Shown: one piece after another, positions 17,936 to 27,547 of the stretch
Layout of the letters: each line of letters opens with the position of its first letter
How positions within the stretch are numbered: the first letter of the stretch is position 1
Sequence record: MN648445
Source: Escherichia phage FP43
Length of the DNA: 64,000 nt
Reading direction: 5' to 3' (one strand)
The notes under the pieces: model-generated
What the model saw: only the letters and a program-made list of their open reading frames with translations
The model's database searches: none
Told to the model about the DNA's origin: nothing
Program-made: the position numbers and the translations under genes

Positions 17936-17939
17936 AGTT

Positions 17940-17990
17940 GTTTACTTCTCCTCTGGTTTTGATATTATAACCATATCAACCAGAGGAGAA
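17940..17990 (+). promoter_or_regulatory. early-type promoter (GTTTAC 17940-17945, TATTAT 17963-17968) inside 13-bp inverted repeat 17946-17958/17978-17990
   Basis: perfect stem TTCTCCTCTGGTT/AACCAGAGGAGAA; loop carries the -10; right arm contains the GAGGAG RBS of ORF 17995. Confidence 0.65.
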
Positions 17991-17994
17991 TAAT

Positions 17995-18519
17995 ATGTTA
18001 GTTTACCGCGTAGAACGTAGTTTTTGTACTCAACGTGAATCATTACCAGGAATTGTTATCGAAGACGGTAAAGCCGTCAGAATTTGGGAAACCTCTTGGA
18101 ATAAAGAACCTCGCTCACCTTACGGTTGGTCTGGCACTGACAACTCTGAAGAAACATGGGAGTTCCTTGATAAGCATGGAATACTCTCAGGTAACTTCTA
18201 CCATCACGGCGACAACTATAATGTCCCTAATCGTCCTACAGTAAATGAAGACAAACTTCTTGAACAAAATATCTTAAGATACCATAGAATTGAGTACACA
18301 TTTGAATTGAGTGAAGATTGGGCTCAAGGGTTCTATTTTGGATTTGAAAGCGTTGACGCGGTTTATGCATGGTTTGATGACCAGGTGGATGTTGAACTCT
18401 TGAAAGCTAAAGGATACTACATCGCGGTCTATGAAGCACCTGATTTCATCCTCGGAAGTTGTCAATTAATGTTTAGACGTTCATTGGCAGAACAAGTTGA
18501 TTTTATTTTGCTAAAATGA
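17995..18519 (+). CDS. hypothetical protein
   Basis: 174-aa ORF. Confidence 0.6.
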   Translation: MLVYRVERSFCTQRESLPGIVIEDGKAVRIWETSWNKEPRSPYGWSGTDNSEETWEFLDKHGILSGNFYHHGDNYNVPNRPTVNEDKLLEQNILRYHRIEYTFELSEDWAQGFYFGFESVDAVYAWFDDQVDVELLKAKGYYIAVYEAPDFILGSCQLMFRRSLAEQVDFILLK

Positions 18520-18546
18520 TGTACAACAACTATGGCCTATGATACT
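18519..18546 (+). promoter_or_regulatory. early-type promoter
   Basis: TGTACAACAA and TATGATACTATAGACCTATCA cassette. Confidence 0.45.
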
Positions 18547-18576
18547 ATAGACCTATCAAAACAAGAGGAGAATATT

Positions 18577-18804
18577 ATGAAACGTCAAATCATTAAAAAC
18601 GTAACTACTGATTCAAACATCGATGAGTTTGAAGATGTTCTGTTTAATCCTGATTTAGTTGTTGTACAGAAAAACTGGACCGGATTTTTATGCTACACCG
18701 AAGTGGTTTACGTTTACGAAAAACTCGGTGATGAAATGCCTATCTACGGTATCTTCCGTGAAATCACTGAAAACGGTACAACTTATTGGAAGGAAACTTA
18801 CTAA
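18577..18804 (+). CDS. hypothetical protein
   Basis: ATG 18577 after GAGGAG; 75 aa. Confidence 0.5.
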   Translation: MKRQIIKNVTTDSNIDEFEDVLFNPDLVVVQKNWTGFLCYTEVVYVYEKLGDEMPIYGIFREITENGTTYWKETY

Positions 18805-19214
18805 TGGCTAATAAATTCCGCGTTAACTCGTGGTACCAATTTAAAGATAAACGTGCCCAAGAAGAGTTTATTAAGGACCACACCGATAATGGGATTTATG
18901 CACGACGTCTTGGCATGGAACCATTTAAAGTATTAGATGTTGACCATCTTGGTCGTCCTACTAAAATTGTGACATCTACTGGCATGGTTGGATACGCAAC
19001 AGGTGGTGATATCCTTGATGAAAACTTTATCTGGCTCTCCACGAATGAAGCAGAGTTCTTTGACGAAGTTGGAAATCCATATCAAGCGTCCGAAGAGCAA
19101 GATTCTAGTGAACTTGGTGAATTGTCTGAATTTCCGGTGATGTCGATTACTATCGAAAATAACGACCAGGCATGGTCTTTGTATCAAATGTTGAAAGCAC
19201 ATTTTAAGGAATAA
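18804..19214 (+). CDS. hypothetical protein
   Basis: TAATG overlap start; 136 aa. Confidence 0.55.
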   Translation: MANKFRVNSWYQFKDKRAQEEFIKDHTDNGIYARRLGMEPFKVLDVDHLGRPTKIVTSTGMVGYATGGDILDENFIWLSTNEAEFFDEVGNPYQASEEQDSSELGELSEFPVMSITIENNDQAWSLYQMLKAHFKE

Positions 19215-19216
19215 TA

Positions 19217-19396
19217 ATGCCGTTATACGACTATAAATGTCAATCTGAAGATTGTGGTCATGAATATGAAAAAATTAAAAGGATTTCTGAACGAGAAAAC
19301 GATGTTTGCCCTGAATGTCATCGTCTGTCTACTCGTCGGGTTTCTGCTCCTAAACATGTGAACGGTGGTTTTTACGACTTACTTAAGAAGGGATAA
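19217..19396 (+). CDS. FmdB-like zinc-ribbon protein
   Basis: 59 aa; MPLYDYKCQSEDCGHEYE ... CPECH matches the M-P-x-Y-x-Y-x-C-x-x-C-G ... C-P-x-C pattern. Confidence 0.55.
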   Translation: MPLYDYKCQSEDCGHEYEKIKRISERENDVCPECHRLSTRRVSAPKHVNGGFYDLLKKG

Positions 19397-19398
19397 TT

Positions 19399-19824
19399 AT
19401 GGCTTTTAAAGGTTTTGAAGTTGGTAAGAAATATCATATTATCAAAGGTCAAGAAGATAATTTCTTGAGAATTCTTAATACGACTGGTAAACGTCTTAAT
19501 ACTAATCTGCATACTACTTTATTGTCCAAAGATTTTATTGTGGAAGAGATGATTGGTTACGGTGTTTCGGTTATTGCTGTAGAAGCCGTAGGCGATTATG
19601 GCCGAACTATTCATAGTATGCAAGGTGATATTCTGCTTTATGGTGCAGAATTTAAATTCTTTGAAGAAGTTCAGGAACCAGATACAGCTGTCGATTTCAA
19701 AAAAGGCTCTATAGAATTTGTTGATGGTTCGGTGATCGTATCAGGTGATGTGGTCATTACAGTTAAAAGTGAACAAGGGCGTTTGGCTGCAATTGATGCA
19801 CTTCAGAAAATTAAATTTAAATAA
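19399..19824 (+). CDS. hypothetical protein
   Basis: 141-aa ORF followed by terminator. Confidence 0.6.
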   Translation: MAFKGFEVGKKYHIIKGQEDNFLRILNTTGKRLNTNLHTTLLSKDFIVEEMIGYGVSVIAVEAVGDYGRTIHSMQGDILLYGAEFKFFEEVQEPDTAVDFKKGSIEFVDGSVIVSGDVVITVKSEQGRLAAIDALQKIKFK

Positions 19825-19841
19825 GGGCTTCGGCCCTTTTT
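19825..19841 (+). terminator. rho-independent terminator
   Basis: GGGC-TTCG-GCCC hairpin followed by TTTTT. Confidence 0.7.
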
Positions 19842-19865
19842 GCTTTAGATTTCGGATGATAGAAT
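19841..19865 (+). promoter_or_regulatory. middle-type promoter (MotA box TGCTTTA, then TAGAAT 12 bp downstream)
   Basis: MotA-box-like sequence at 19841-19847 with -10-like 19860-19865 upstream of gene 39. Confidence 0.5.
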
Positions 19866-19887
19866 ACCTTCATAACGAGGAGACAAC

Positions 19888-21705
19888 ATGATTAAAAATG
19901 AAATTAAGGTATTGTCAGATGTAGAACATATTAAGAAACGTAGTGGTATGTATATTGGTTCTTCGGCCAAAGAAGCCCACGAGCGTTTTTTGTTTGGTAA
20001 ATATCAACAAGTTGAATATGTTCCTGGTCTGGTTAAATTAATCGATGAGATTATTGACAACTCGGTTGATGAAGCTATTCGTACATCATTTAAGTTTGCA
20101 AATAAAATTGATGTGCAAATTAAAAATAATCAAGTTTCGGTGGAAGATAACGGACGTGGTATTCCTCAAGGTTTAGTTACCGACCAAACAGGTGAACAAA
20201 TTCCTGGGCCTGTAGCAGCCTGGACTATTCCAAAGGCCGGTGGTAACTTTGGTGATGACTCTGAACGCAAGACTGGTGGTATGAACGGCGTCGGGAGTAG
20301 TTTAACTAATATCTTCTCTACGTTGTTTACAGGCATCACGTCAGATGGCGAAAATGAAATCACTGTTAACTGTTCAAACGGAATGGAAAACAAATCATGG
20401 TCTTCTAAGAAATCTAAAGGTAAAGGCACTAAAGTAATCTTCACTCCTGATTTCACTTCATTTGAAGAGCATAATTTATCTCAAATTTATTTAGATATTA
20501 CTTTAGACCGACTTCAAACATTGGCAGTCGTTTATCCTGATATCACGTTCACATTTAATGGTAAAAAGGTTGATGGTAATTTTAAACGATTTGCTAAACA
20601 ATTTGGTGAAGATAATATCATTCAAGAAAATGATAAAGTCTCTATAGCATTCACAACATCACCAGATGGCTTCCGTCATTTAACTTATGTGAATAACATC
20701 CATACTAAAAATGGTGGACATCATGTTGAATGTGTAATGGACGATATCTGCGAACATCTTTTGCCGGGTATTAAAAAGAAATATAAGGGTATTGAAGTCA
20801 CTAAAGCTCGTGTTAAAGAATGTCTCACAATGTTGATGTTTATTAGAGACATGAGCAACATGCGTTTTGATTCTCAGACTAAAGAACGTTTAACGTCAAC
20901 GTATGGTGATATTCGTAATCATATCCAATTAGATGCTAAGAAAATTGCTCAGGCACTTCTTAAAAATGAAGCCTTGATTATGCCTATTGTTGAAGCAGCA
21001 TTAGCTCGTAAATTGGCGGCAGAAAAGGCTGCAGAAACTAAAGCAGCTAAAAAGGCAACTAAAGCTAAGGTTCATAAGCATATTAAAGCTAACCAATGTG
21101 GTAAAGATGCAGATACGACATTGTTTTTAACAGAAGGTGATTCGGCAATTGGATATCTCATTGATGTTCGTGACCGTGAACTACACGGCGGATTCCCGTT
21201 ACGTGGTAAGGTGATGAATAGCTGGGGTATGTCATATGCTGATATGATGAAGAACAAAGAGCTCTTTGATATCTGTGCTATCACAGGTCTTATTCTTGGT
21301 GAAAAGGCAGAGAATACGAACTATCGTAATATTGCAATTATGACCGATGCCGATCATGACGGCCTTGGAAGTATTTATCCTGCTTTGCTTGCTTTCTTTA
21401 GTAATTGGCCTGAATTGTTTGAACAAGGACGTATTCGCTTTGTTAAAACACCTGTAATTATTGCACAAATTGGCAAAACTCAAAAATGGTTTTATACTGT
21501 AGCTGAGTATGAAGAAGTTAAAGATACACTGCCTAAGCATAGTATTCGATACATCAAGGGATTGGGCTCCCTTGAAAAGTCAGAGTATCGTGAAATGATT
21601 CAGAACCCTGTGTACGACGTAGTTAAACTTCCTGAAAATTGGAAAGAACTCTTTGAAATGCTGATGGGTGATGATTCAGAACTTCGTAAAGAATGGATGT
21701 CCTAA
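19888..21705 (+). CDS. 39: DNA topoisomerase II large subunit (GyrB-like), gp39 and gp60 as one contiguous ORF
   Basis: 605 aa; GHKL ATPase N-terminus and Toprim-like C-terminal part; 605 aa is more than the roughly 516 aa I recall for T4 gp39, so the gp60 portion appears fused. Confidence 0.88.
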   Translation: MIKNEIKVLSDVEHIKKRSGMYIGSSAKEAHERFLFGKYQQVEYVPGLVKLIDEIIDNSVDEAIRTSFKFANKIDVQIKNNQVSVEDNGRGIPQGLVTDQTGEQIPGPVAAWTIPKAGGNFGDDSERKTGGMNGVGSSLTNIFSTLFTGITSDGENEITVNCSNGMENKSWSSKKSKGKGTKVIFTPDFTSFEEHNLSQIYLDITLDRLQTLAVVYPDITFTFNGKKVDGNFKRFAKQFGEDNIIQENDKVSIAFTTSPDGFRHLTYVNNIHTKNGGHHVECVMDDICEHLLPGIKKKYKGIEVTKARVKECLTMLMFIRDMSNMRFDSQTKERLTSTYGDIRNHIQLDAKKIAQALLKNEALIMPIVEAALARKLAAEKAAETKAAKKATKAKVHKHIKANQCGKDADTTLFLTEGDSAIGYLIDVRDRELHGGFPLRGKVMNSWGMSYADMMKNKELFDICAITGLILGEKAENTNYRNIAIMTDADHDGLGSIYPALLAFFSNWPELFEQGRIRFVKTPVIIAQIGKTQKWFYTVAEYEEVKDTLPKHSIRYIKGLGSLEKSEYREMIQNPVYDVVKLPENWKELFEMLMGDDSELRKEWMS

Positions 21706-21727
21706 GCTCCTTCGGGAGCTTCATTTT
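21705..21727 (+). terminator. terminator-like hairpin
   Basis: AGCTCC-TTCG-GGAGCT then TCATTTT. Confidence 0.55.
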
Positions 21728-21747
21728 AATTTTAATAAGGCTTAATT

Positions 21748-22848
21748 ATGAAAGTTATGTTTATCCCATCTCGCGCAGTCCCATTTAACCCAGAACGTGT
21801 ACAAGGTGGTCTTGAAGCAGTACATTTAAATGTATTGAAATATCTTGTGTCCATCGGTGCTGATATTGATTATATCGGCTTTGATAATGACACGTTTGGT
21901 GACTGGAAGGTTAATCATCATCCTGTTGGTCATCTGACTAAATTCAGTCTAGGTATGAGTTATACTATGGCTCGTAAGATTGTTGAACTAGCCGGCATCC
22001 ATGAATACGATTTTGTTGTTACTATGGAACCGACCAAACTAACCGTTCAGGCAATTAAAGACGCAGGTCTCTCTAAAGTTCATAAGAATTTTATGGCAAC
22101 ACCATTTGAACCGGTATCTCGTGGCATTGTTCAAATTTGGGACCAGACTATTCAAATTCATAAGAACGGTGGTAAGAGTTATGCTCCTACTAAAGCCTTC
22201 CGTGAATTTGAACGCAAATATTGTTATATGACTTCAGGTCTGACTGACAAAATTGATTATGATTATTGGCGAGCAAATCCGTTGTTTGAAGCCGAAGATT
22301 ATCCGGTTATTTGTTTGAATGAGAAACCTGAAGTTCTTCCGGCGACTGATCTGATTATTAGTGCACAACGTTATGACACTAAAATGCGTCGTACTGATGT
22401 TGCTCTTGAAGCGATTAAAGCACTAGGCGAAAATGGTGCAGGATACTGTCCTAGTAAATGGGCACCACCAGCTAAATATCCTGTTATTATTGATGCTCCA
22501 CACAGTGAAATCATGGAACGTCTTAAAACAGCTAAAGCACTTATCAATACGTGTCCTGACACGGGTACGGTAGAGAATAGTTCTATTGAAGCCATCTCTA
22601 AAGGTGTCCCTGTGATTCAGTTAGTTTTTAAGGATTATCCGCACGCGACATTCGAATATGACCCAGATACTGTGCGTGTAGAAATTGATTCCTCTACTCC
22701 TAAGAAAGAAGTAGTTGCGCTTTACACAAAAGCTGTATTAGAATTCACTGACACATACGAAGCTCGAGTTAAACGTGCTGAAGCAGTATGGAAGAAGTAT
22801 AACCGAGATGCAGTTGTTGCGATGTGGGATAAAATCTTCACAGCGTAA
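21748..22848 (+). CDS. putative GT-B fold glycosyltransferase
   Basis: 366 aa; C-terminal TGTVENSSIEAISKGVPVIQ matches the GT-B donor-binding E-x7-E / EA-x-x-x-G-x-PVI motif; lies between 39 and rIIA, not at a T4 glucosyltransferase locus. Confidence 0.5.
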   Translation: MKVMFIPSRAVPFNPERVQGGLEAVHLNVLKYLVSIGADIDYIGFDNDTFGDWKVNHHPVGHLTKFSLGMSYTMARKIVELAGIHEYDFVVTMEPTKLTVQAIKDAGLSKVHKNFMATPFEPVSRGIVQIWDQTIQIHKNGGKSYAPTKAFREFERKYCYMTSGLTDKIDYDYWRANPLFEAEDYPVICLNEKPEVLPATDLIISAQRYDTKMRRTDVALEAIKALGENGAGYCPSKWAPPAKYPVIIDAPHSEIMERLKTAKALINTCPDTGTVENSSIEAISKGVPVIQLVFKDYPHATFEYDPDTVRVEIDSSTPKKEVVALYTKAVLEFTDTYEARVKRAEAVWKKYNRDAVVAMWDKIFTA

Positions 22849-22940
22849 ATCCTGAATCGCCTGAGGCACTATTACACATAAGATGATAGATTATATGGTC
22901 TTTAGTAATAGTGCCCTAGGAATCTACTGAAGAGAATATT

Positions 22941-23141
22941 ATGAGAACATATAACGTGGACTTGGAACTTTTTGATAAAGCGGTGCTCCGGGAATTCCGG
23001 CTTATCCAAAGATTTTTTGATATCGAGTCAGCAGAGTCCTTTAAAGAACGCTTTAAAGAAATTCGATATAAAATACAAACCGATACAGCTACTAAAGAAG
23101 AACTTCTTGAAGTAGCAGAAATTTTTAAACGTAACTTGTGA
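22941..23141 (+). CDS. small hypothetical protein (rIIA.1 position)
   Basis: 66-aa ORF immediately upstream of rIIA. Confidence 0.45.
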   Translation: MRTYNVDLELFDKAVLREFRLIQRFFDIESAESFKERFKEIRYKIQTDTATKEELLEVAEIFKRNL

Positions 23142-23153
23142 TGAGAGAAAAAT

Positions 23154-25367
23154 ATGATTATTGAAACGGCTAAAGAAACGATTATTGGTTCAGGCGGTAA
23201 GAGCACAGCATTTACTATTCAAGGCAATAGCAAAGTTTATAAGATTTTGTCTAATGACCTTTATACAAACAAAGAATTGGCTTGTGTACGTGAATTAATC
23301 ACAAACTGTATCGATGGACAAATTCTTAATGGTTGCACTGATAAGTTTATTGTTCAGGCTCCAGGTCGTTTAGACCCACGTTTTGTAGTTCGAGACTTTG
23401 GTCCTGGTATGAGTGATTTCACCATTCGAGGTAATGACGAAGAGCCAGGAATCTATAACTCATATTTTGCTTCAACTAAAACATCGAGTAACGATTTCAT
23501 TGGTGGATTCGGACTCGGCTCTAAAGCTCCACTAGCATATACCGACACATTTAACCTTACGTCTTATCACAACGGCGAAGTTCGTGGTTATGTAATTTAT
23601 CAAGATGACACAGGTCCACAGATTAAGCCGACCTTTGTAGATAAGATGGGTCCTGATGACCGTACGGGTGTAGAAGTAGTTGTACCGGTTAACCCGGAAG
23701 ATTTTGAAAAGTTTGCATCCGAAATTGCATATGTTATGCGTCCTCTAGGTGACATTGCAGAAGTTCGTGGTGTTAAAGATATCAAATACTTTCCTGAATT
23801 TGATGATGTATATTTGGCCAAGGAAGCTCCATGGGGTGAACGCGGTAATATCATGGCTGTTTATGGCGGTATTGTATATCCAATCGGAAGTGTTATTAAA
23901 GAACAAACGTGGATGATGACGCGATGCACTACAGCTTATATTAAATTCCCTATGGGTGAACTAGATGTAGCTCCGTCTCGTGAAGCATTGTCATTTGATA
24001 AACGTACAGTAGCAAATATCCATAAACGCGTTGCAGAAATCGATGCTAAATTGTTCGCTGAAGATTCTAAGAAATGGATTGATTGTAAATACCCACGTCA
24101 TGTGTTCCGTGAAATTGATTCTCTTGGCTATACCGCTCGTAAATACATGGAAAAGGCCGGGTCTAATATTGAATCACTGAAATACTCTAAAGAACAACTA
24201 ACTTATTCTGAGTTGTACAAACGTTTTAAAATGGGGCCTGAGTGGTGTAATCTTGGTGTCGTATACGATATCGTTGAATCCCCTCGTCTTCGTCGTATTC
24301 GTGAAAGCGGCAGCTCAACGGCAACCATTTCAATTAACAGTCTGATTGGCATTAACATTAAAAATGTTGAAATTGTTATTGACGACGTTAAGGGACGCGT
24401 TCCATTAATGCGAGCTCTTAATTCAATTGAAATGTCTAAAGACGAGGTTAAATTAACCGGTAAAGTTCCACGCGGTTTTGGTAAAAGCGTACTATTCGTT
24501 GACCCTACAGACGAAGATGCAATGAAACTTCTGGAACGCCTTAAAGTTATCTTTGATGGCGACAACATTAACATGTACAAGACTTCAGAGCTTTTACAAA
24601 TCGTTAAGCCATGGATTGAAGTCAGGAAACGGACTAATGAGCCTCGTCCTAAATCGCCAAGTGCTCATCGATTCTTTAAGAATGAAAACGATGTTTGGGT
24701 ATCAGAAGACCTCTTTATTCCGGCAAGTGAAGCAGATGAAATCCAAGGTTATGCTATAGTTCGTAATCGTTCTAATGCTGAATGTCTTGACGCAGATAAA
24801 GGTTGGTTGAACTATGACTCCAATTTCTTAACCCGTATTGCTGATTTGTCAGGTATTAAAGAGTTCACTGTAGTTCGTCCACAGATTGCTAAGAAAGTTC
24901 GTAAACTTGGTGAAGTAGAATGCTTGTTCGAAAAATCAATTAATGACTATATTACGCTAATCGATAAAGTGGATTATGATGAGTATGTATCACCAAGTCG
25001 TAGAGCACAGCCTTATTTGAATCATATTACTCGTAATGAAGAGCTTAACTTCCTTAGTAAGTATTTTAGCTCTAAGAACAAAGAAATCAGTAAAGACTTT
25101 GCAAAACTCTCAACAGTAAATAATCGTTGGGGATGGAATCGATTCGCAGGTGCTACTAATACAGACCTGAATAAGAAGTTAGAACTGTGTGCTAAAATTT
25201 TCGATAAGCTTAAAGATAATGCTTACGATAATGATGATAAAATGGTTATTGAATTCGAAACCAATTATCATATTGTGTCAGACTACATGGGACGACGTGG
25301 TACTCTTTCTAAAGAACAAGTCGCTCAAATCGTTAAATTCATGAAGGCTGTGGAAGCAGCCAAATAA
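23154..25367 (+). CDS. rIIA: rIIA protein
   Basis: 737 aa; N-terminal GHKL-type ATPase-like motifs; followed by rIIB. Confidence 0.85.
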   Translation: MIIETAKETIIGSGGKSTAFTIQGNSKVYKILSNDLYTNKELACVRELITNCIDGQILNGCTDKFIVQAPGRLDPRFVVRDFGPGMSDFTIRGNDEEPGIYNSYFASTKTSSNDFIGGFGLGSKAPLAYTDTFNLTSYHNGEVRGYVIYQDDTGPQIKPTFVDKMGPDDRTGVEVVVPVNPEDFEKFASEIAYVMRPLGDIAEVRGVKDIKYFPEFDDVYLAKEAPWGERGNIMAVYGGIVYPIGSVIKEQTWMMTRCTTAYIKFPMGELDVAPSREALSFDKRTVANIHKRVAEIDAKLFAEDSKKWIDCKYPRHVFREIDSLGYTARKYMEKAGSNIESLKYSKEQLTYSELYKRFKMGPEWCNLGVVYDIVESPRLRRIRESGSSTATISINSLIGINIKNVEIVIDDVKGRVPLMRALNSIEMSKDEVKLTGKVPRGFGKSVLFVDPTDEDAMKLLERLKVIFDGDNINMYKTSELLQIVKPWIEVRKRTNEPRPKSPSAHRFFKNENDVWVSEDLFIPASEADEIQGYAIVRNRSNAECLDADKGWLNYDSNFLTRIADLSGIKEFTVVRPQIAKKVRKLGEVECLFEKSINDYITLIDKVDYDEYVSPSRRAQPYLNHITRNEELNFLSKYFSSKNKEISKDFAKLSTVNNRWGWNRFAGATNTDLNKKLELCAKIFDKLKDNAYDNDDKMVIEFETNYHIVSDYMGRRGTLSKEQVAQIVKFMKAVEAAK

Positions 25368-25376
25368 GGAAACATT

Positions 25377-26312
25377 ATGTACAATATTAAATGCTTGTCT
25401 CAAGAAGAACAGTTAGAAGCTTACGGTCTGGTTAAATCAGGCCAATGGACCCGTCGGGAAATTGCTGATTACTTCAATATTTCCACTGACACTCTTCGTA
25501 AGATTGTTAAGAATTTTAAAGCTGAAGAGAAAGCCGCTGAATTTGAAGACGAAGAACAAGTCCAAGAAAATAATGAACCTATTATTACAGGTCATCGTCC
25601 AGAAATCGTATGGAACGCATCATCTAAATTTATTTCAATCATTGAAGGACGCGTAGCATACAATGCGACCCCATCAAGTCATGCAAATTTTGAAGAAATT
25701 AAAGCTAATTTGGTCGCAGGAAACCTTAGTAAAGCTGTCGAACTTATTAACATCAAGAAAGCTATTACTAAGTTTGTTGACGGTAATGTTACTATTGAAG
25801 GTGGTAGTTTATTTTATCAAGGTATAGAAATTCGTTCAGGACTGGTTAATCGTATTATTGATTCTATGGAAAAAGGCGAAGACTTTAAATTCTATCTGCC
25901 GTTCCTTGAAAACCTGTTAGAAAACCCAAGCGAAAAAGCTGTACAACGTTTATTCGACTTCTTGGTTGCAAACGATATTGAAATCACTGAAGATGGGCAT
26001 TTTTATGCATGGAAAGTAGTTCGTAAAGACTATTTAGACTGCTATAGTGGTACATTTGATAACTCCCCAGGTAAAGTTGTTTCAATGCCTCGTACTCGAG
26101 TTAACGACGATGATACTCAAACCTGTTCTCGCGGTCTCCATGTTTGTGCTAAATCTTATATTCGCCACTTTGGTTCAAGCTCAGATAAAGTTGTTAAGGT
26201 TAAAGTTCATCCACGTGATGTTGTATCCATCCCAGTTGACTATGGTGATGCTAAGATGCGTACTTGTCGTTATGAAGTAATTTCAGACGTTACTGAATTA
26301 TTTGCAGAATAA
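25377..26312 (+). CDS. rIIB: rIIB protein
   Basis: 311 aa; synteny after rIIA; length close to the roughly 312 aa I recall for T4 rIIB. Confidence 0.8.
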   Translation: MYNIKCLSQEEQLEAYGLVKSGQWTRREIADYFNISTDTLRKIVKNFKAEEKAAEFEDEEQVQENNEPIITGHRPEIVWNASSKFISIIEGRVAYNATPSSHANFEEIKANLVAGNLSKAVELINIKKAITKFVDGNVTIEGGSLFYQGIEIRSGLVNRIIDSMEKGEDFKFYLPFLENLLENPSEKAVQRLFDFLVANDIEITEDGHFYAWKVVRKDYLDCYSGTFDNSPGKVVSMPRTRVNDDDTQTCSRGLHVCAKSYIRHFGSSSDKVVKVKVHPRDVVSIPVDYGDAKMRTCRYEVISDVTELFAE

Positions 26313-26316
26313 TAAT

Positions 26317-26340
26317 TGGGGACTTCGGTCCCCTTTTCTT
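26317..26340 (+). terminator. rho-independent terminator
   Basis: GGGGAC-TTCG-GTCCCC followed by TTTT. Confidence 0.7.
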
Positions 26341-26351
26341 TAGGGGTAATT

Positions 26352-26639
26352 ATGATTCATCCATTTGACGTATCAGAAACCAAAATTGCTAATCTTCGTG
26401 GTCATCATAAGTGTAAATCAGTTTATTGTGCTAAATTGGTAAAACATCCTGGTGATGCACACTACGGCTGGTTAGAATGCGACGAAGTTGTTATTGAAAT
26501 CCCGCCGGTAGATGCAGAATATCTTGAAGAAGGAGACCGCATTTATTTTGGTGAACTACACATCAGAGGTATTTATGGTAAAGACGAACTTGGGACTGTT
26601 GAGACTGAAGAATCTTCCGACATTTATCCTGTCGAATGA
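26352..26639 (+). CDS. hypothetical protein
   Basis: ATG 26352 downstream of terminator; 95 aa. Confidence 0.5.
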   Translation: MIHPFDVSETKIANLRGHHKCKSVYCAKLVKHPGDAHYGWLECDEVVIEIPPVDAEYLEEGDRIYFGELHIRGIYGKDELGTVETEESSDIYPVE

Positions 26640-26655
26640 GTTTTTGACTAGTGAA

Positions 26656-27132
26656 ATGAAAGTGAAGATTGCTGACACTGCTCGATATTCGTTGAGCCAA
26701 AATCCAGACCAAAATAAAGAAGATGTAGTTCGACGTTGTAAGGTTGCAGTCTTTGCAGAGTATGTAGTAGCAAATTGGCTAGACGGATATGTTAATAAAG
26801 GTATTGAAGATGTAGAAGACCCGTATACGTATGCATGGGACGTGTTAGCTCATCCCAAATATTGTGGAATTCGTGTAGAAGTCAAGACACATCAGATGGA
26901 TTCTAAATGGATTTCTGTTACCACAGGATACAGTGGTGATTATCCAGGCGGCAACGGAATCAACATAGGGCCCTTCCTTAATCATCGAGTCGCTGACTGT
27001 ATTATTATATTGAATGTCAAAGAAACCTCACCTGACGTCTTCTCTTATTCTATAAAGTTCGTGGGAGACCATGAAGACCTAAAGAAAATCGTCCGCAAGA
27101 GCAACTACAACGGCTGGTATCTTCATCTTTAA
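26656..27132 (+). CDS. hypothetical protein (denB position)
   Basis: 158-aa ORF between rIIB and ndd where T4 carries denB; identity not verifiable by eye. Confidence 0.45.
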   Translation: MKVKIADTARYSLSQNPDQNKEDVVRRCKVAVFAEYVVANWLDGYVNKGIEDVEDPYTYAWDVLAHPKYCGIRVEVKTHQMDSKWISVTTGYSGDYPGGNGINIGPFLNHRVADCIIILNVKETSPDVFSYSIKFVGDHEDLKKIVRKSNYNGWYLHL

Positions 27133-27144
27133 TTTCATAAAAGT

Positions 27145-27181
27145 GTTTACAACTAAGTAGGACTATGATATAGTAGTCCTA
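27145..27181 (+). promoter_or_regulatory. early-type promoter with 8-bp stem (TAGGACTA/TAGTCCTA)
   Basis: GTTTAC 27145-27150; inverted repeat 27158-27165/27174-27181. Confidence 0.55.
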
Positions 27182-27200
27182 TCTAAAAGAGGATAACATC

Positions 27201-27464
27201 ATGAAATTTAAATTTTTCTACGCAAAACATAAAGTGACTGGTGAGTTTGTTTCAATGTACAACACCGCAGATGACGAAGGGATGATTTATACTCATTTAG
27301 GTCTATCTCATTGGGACTCGGACGTGCCTTATATGTCATCTGAAGCCGAAATAACTCGTCTGGTTAACGGGCATATGAACGACCATTTTAATGTTATTCT
27401 TTCTAAAGACCTTAAAGAGGTTATCAACAAAGGATATATGGAACTTGCGGAAGTTGAGATATGA
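27201..27464 (+). CDS. hypothetical protein
   Basis: 87-aa ORF. Confidence 0.55.
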   Translation: MKFKFFYAKHKVTGEFVSMYNTADDEGMIYTHLGLSHWDSDVPYMSSEAEITRLVNGHMNDHFNVILSKDLKEVINKGYMELAEVEI

Positions 27465-27547
27465 GCTCTAAAATGTGGATAGGAATATGGTTGCTTAGTA
27501 TCCCAATGATTTGTATAATATTTTCAATTGTATTGAGGTACTTATGA
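27461..27547 (+). CDS. tiny hydrophobic peptide
   Basis: 28 aa, single TM-like segment, ATGA start overlap. Confidence 0.3.
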   Translation: MSSKMWIGIWLLSIPMICIIFSIVLRYL

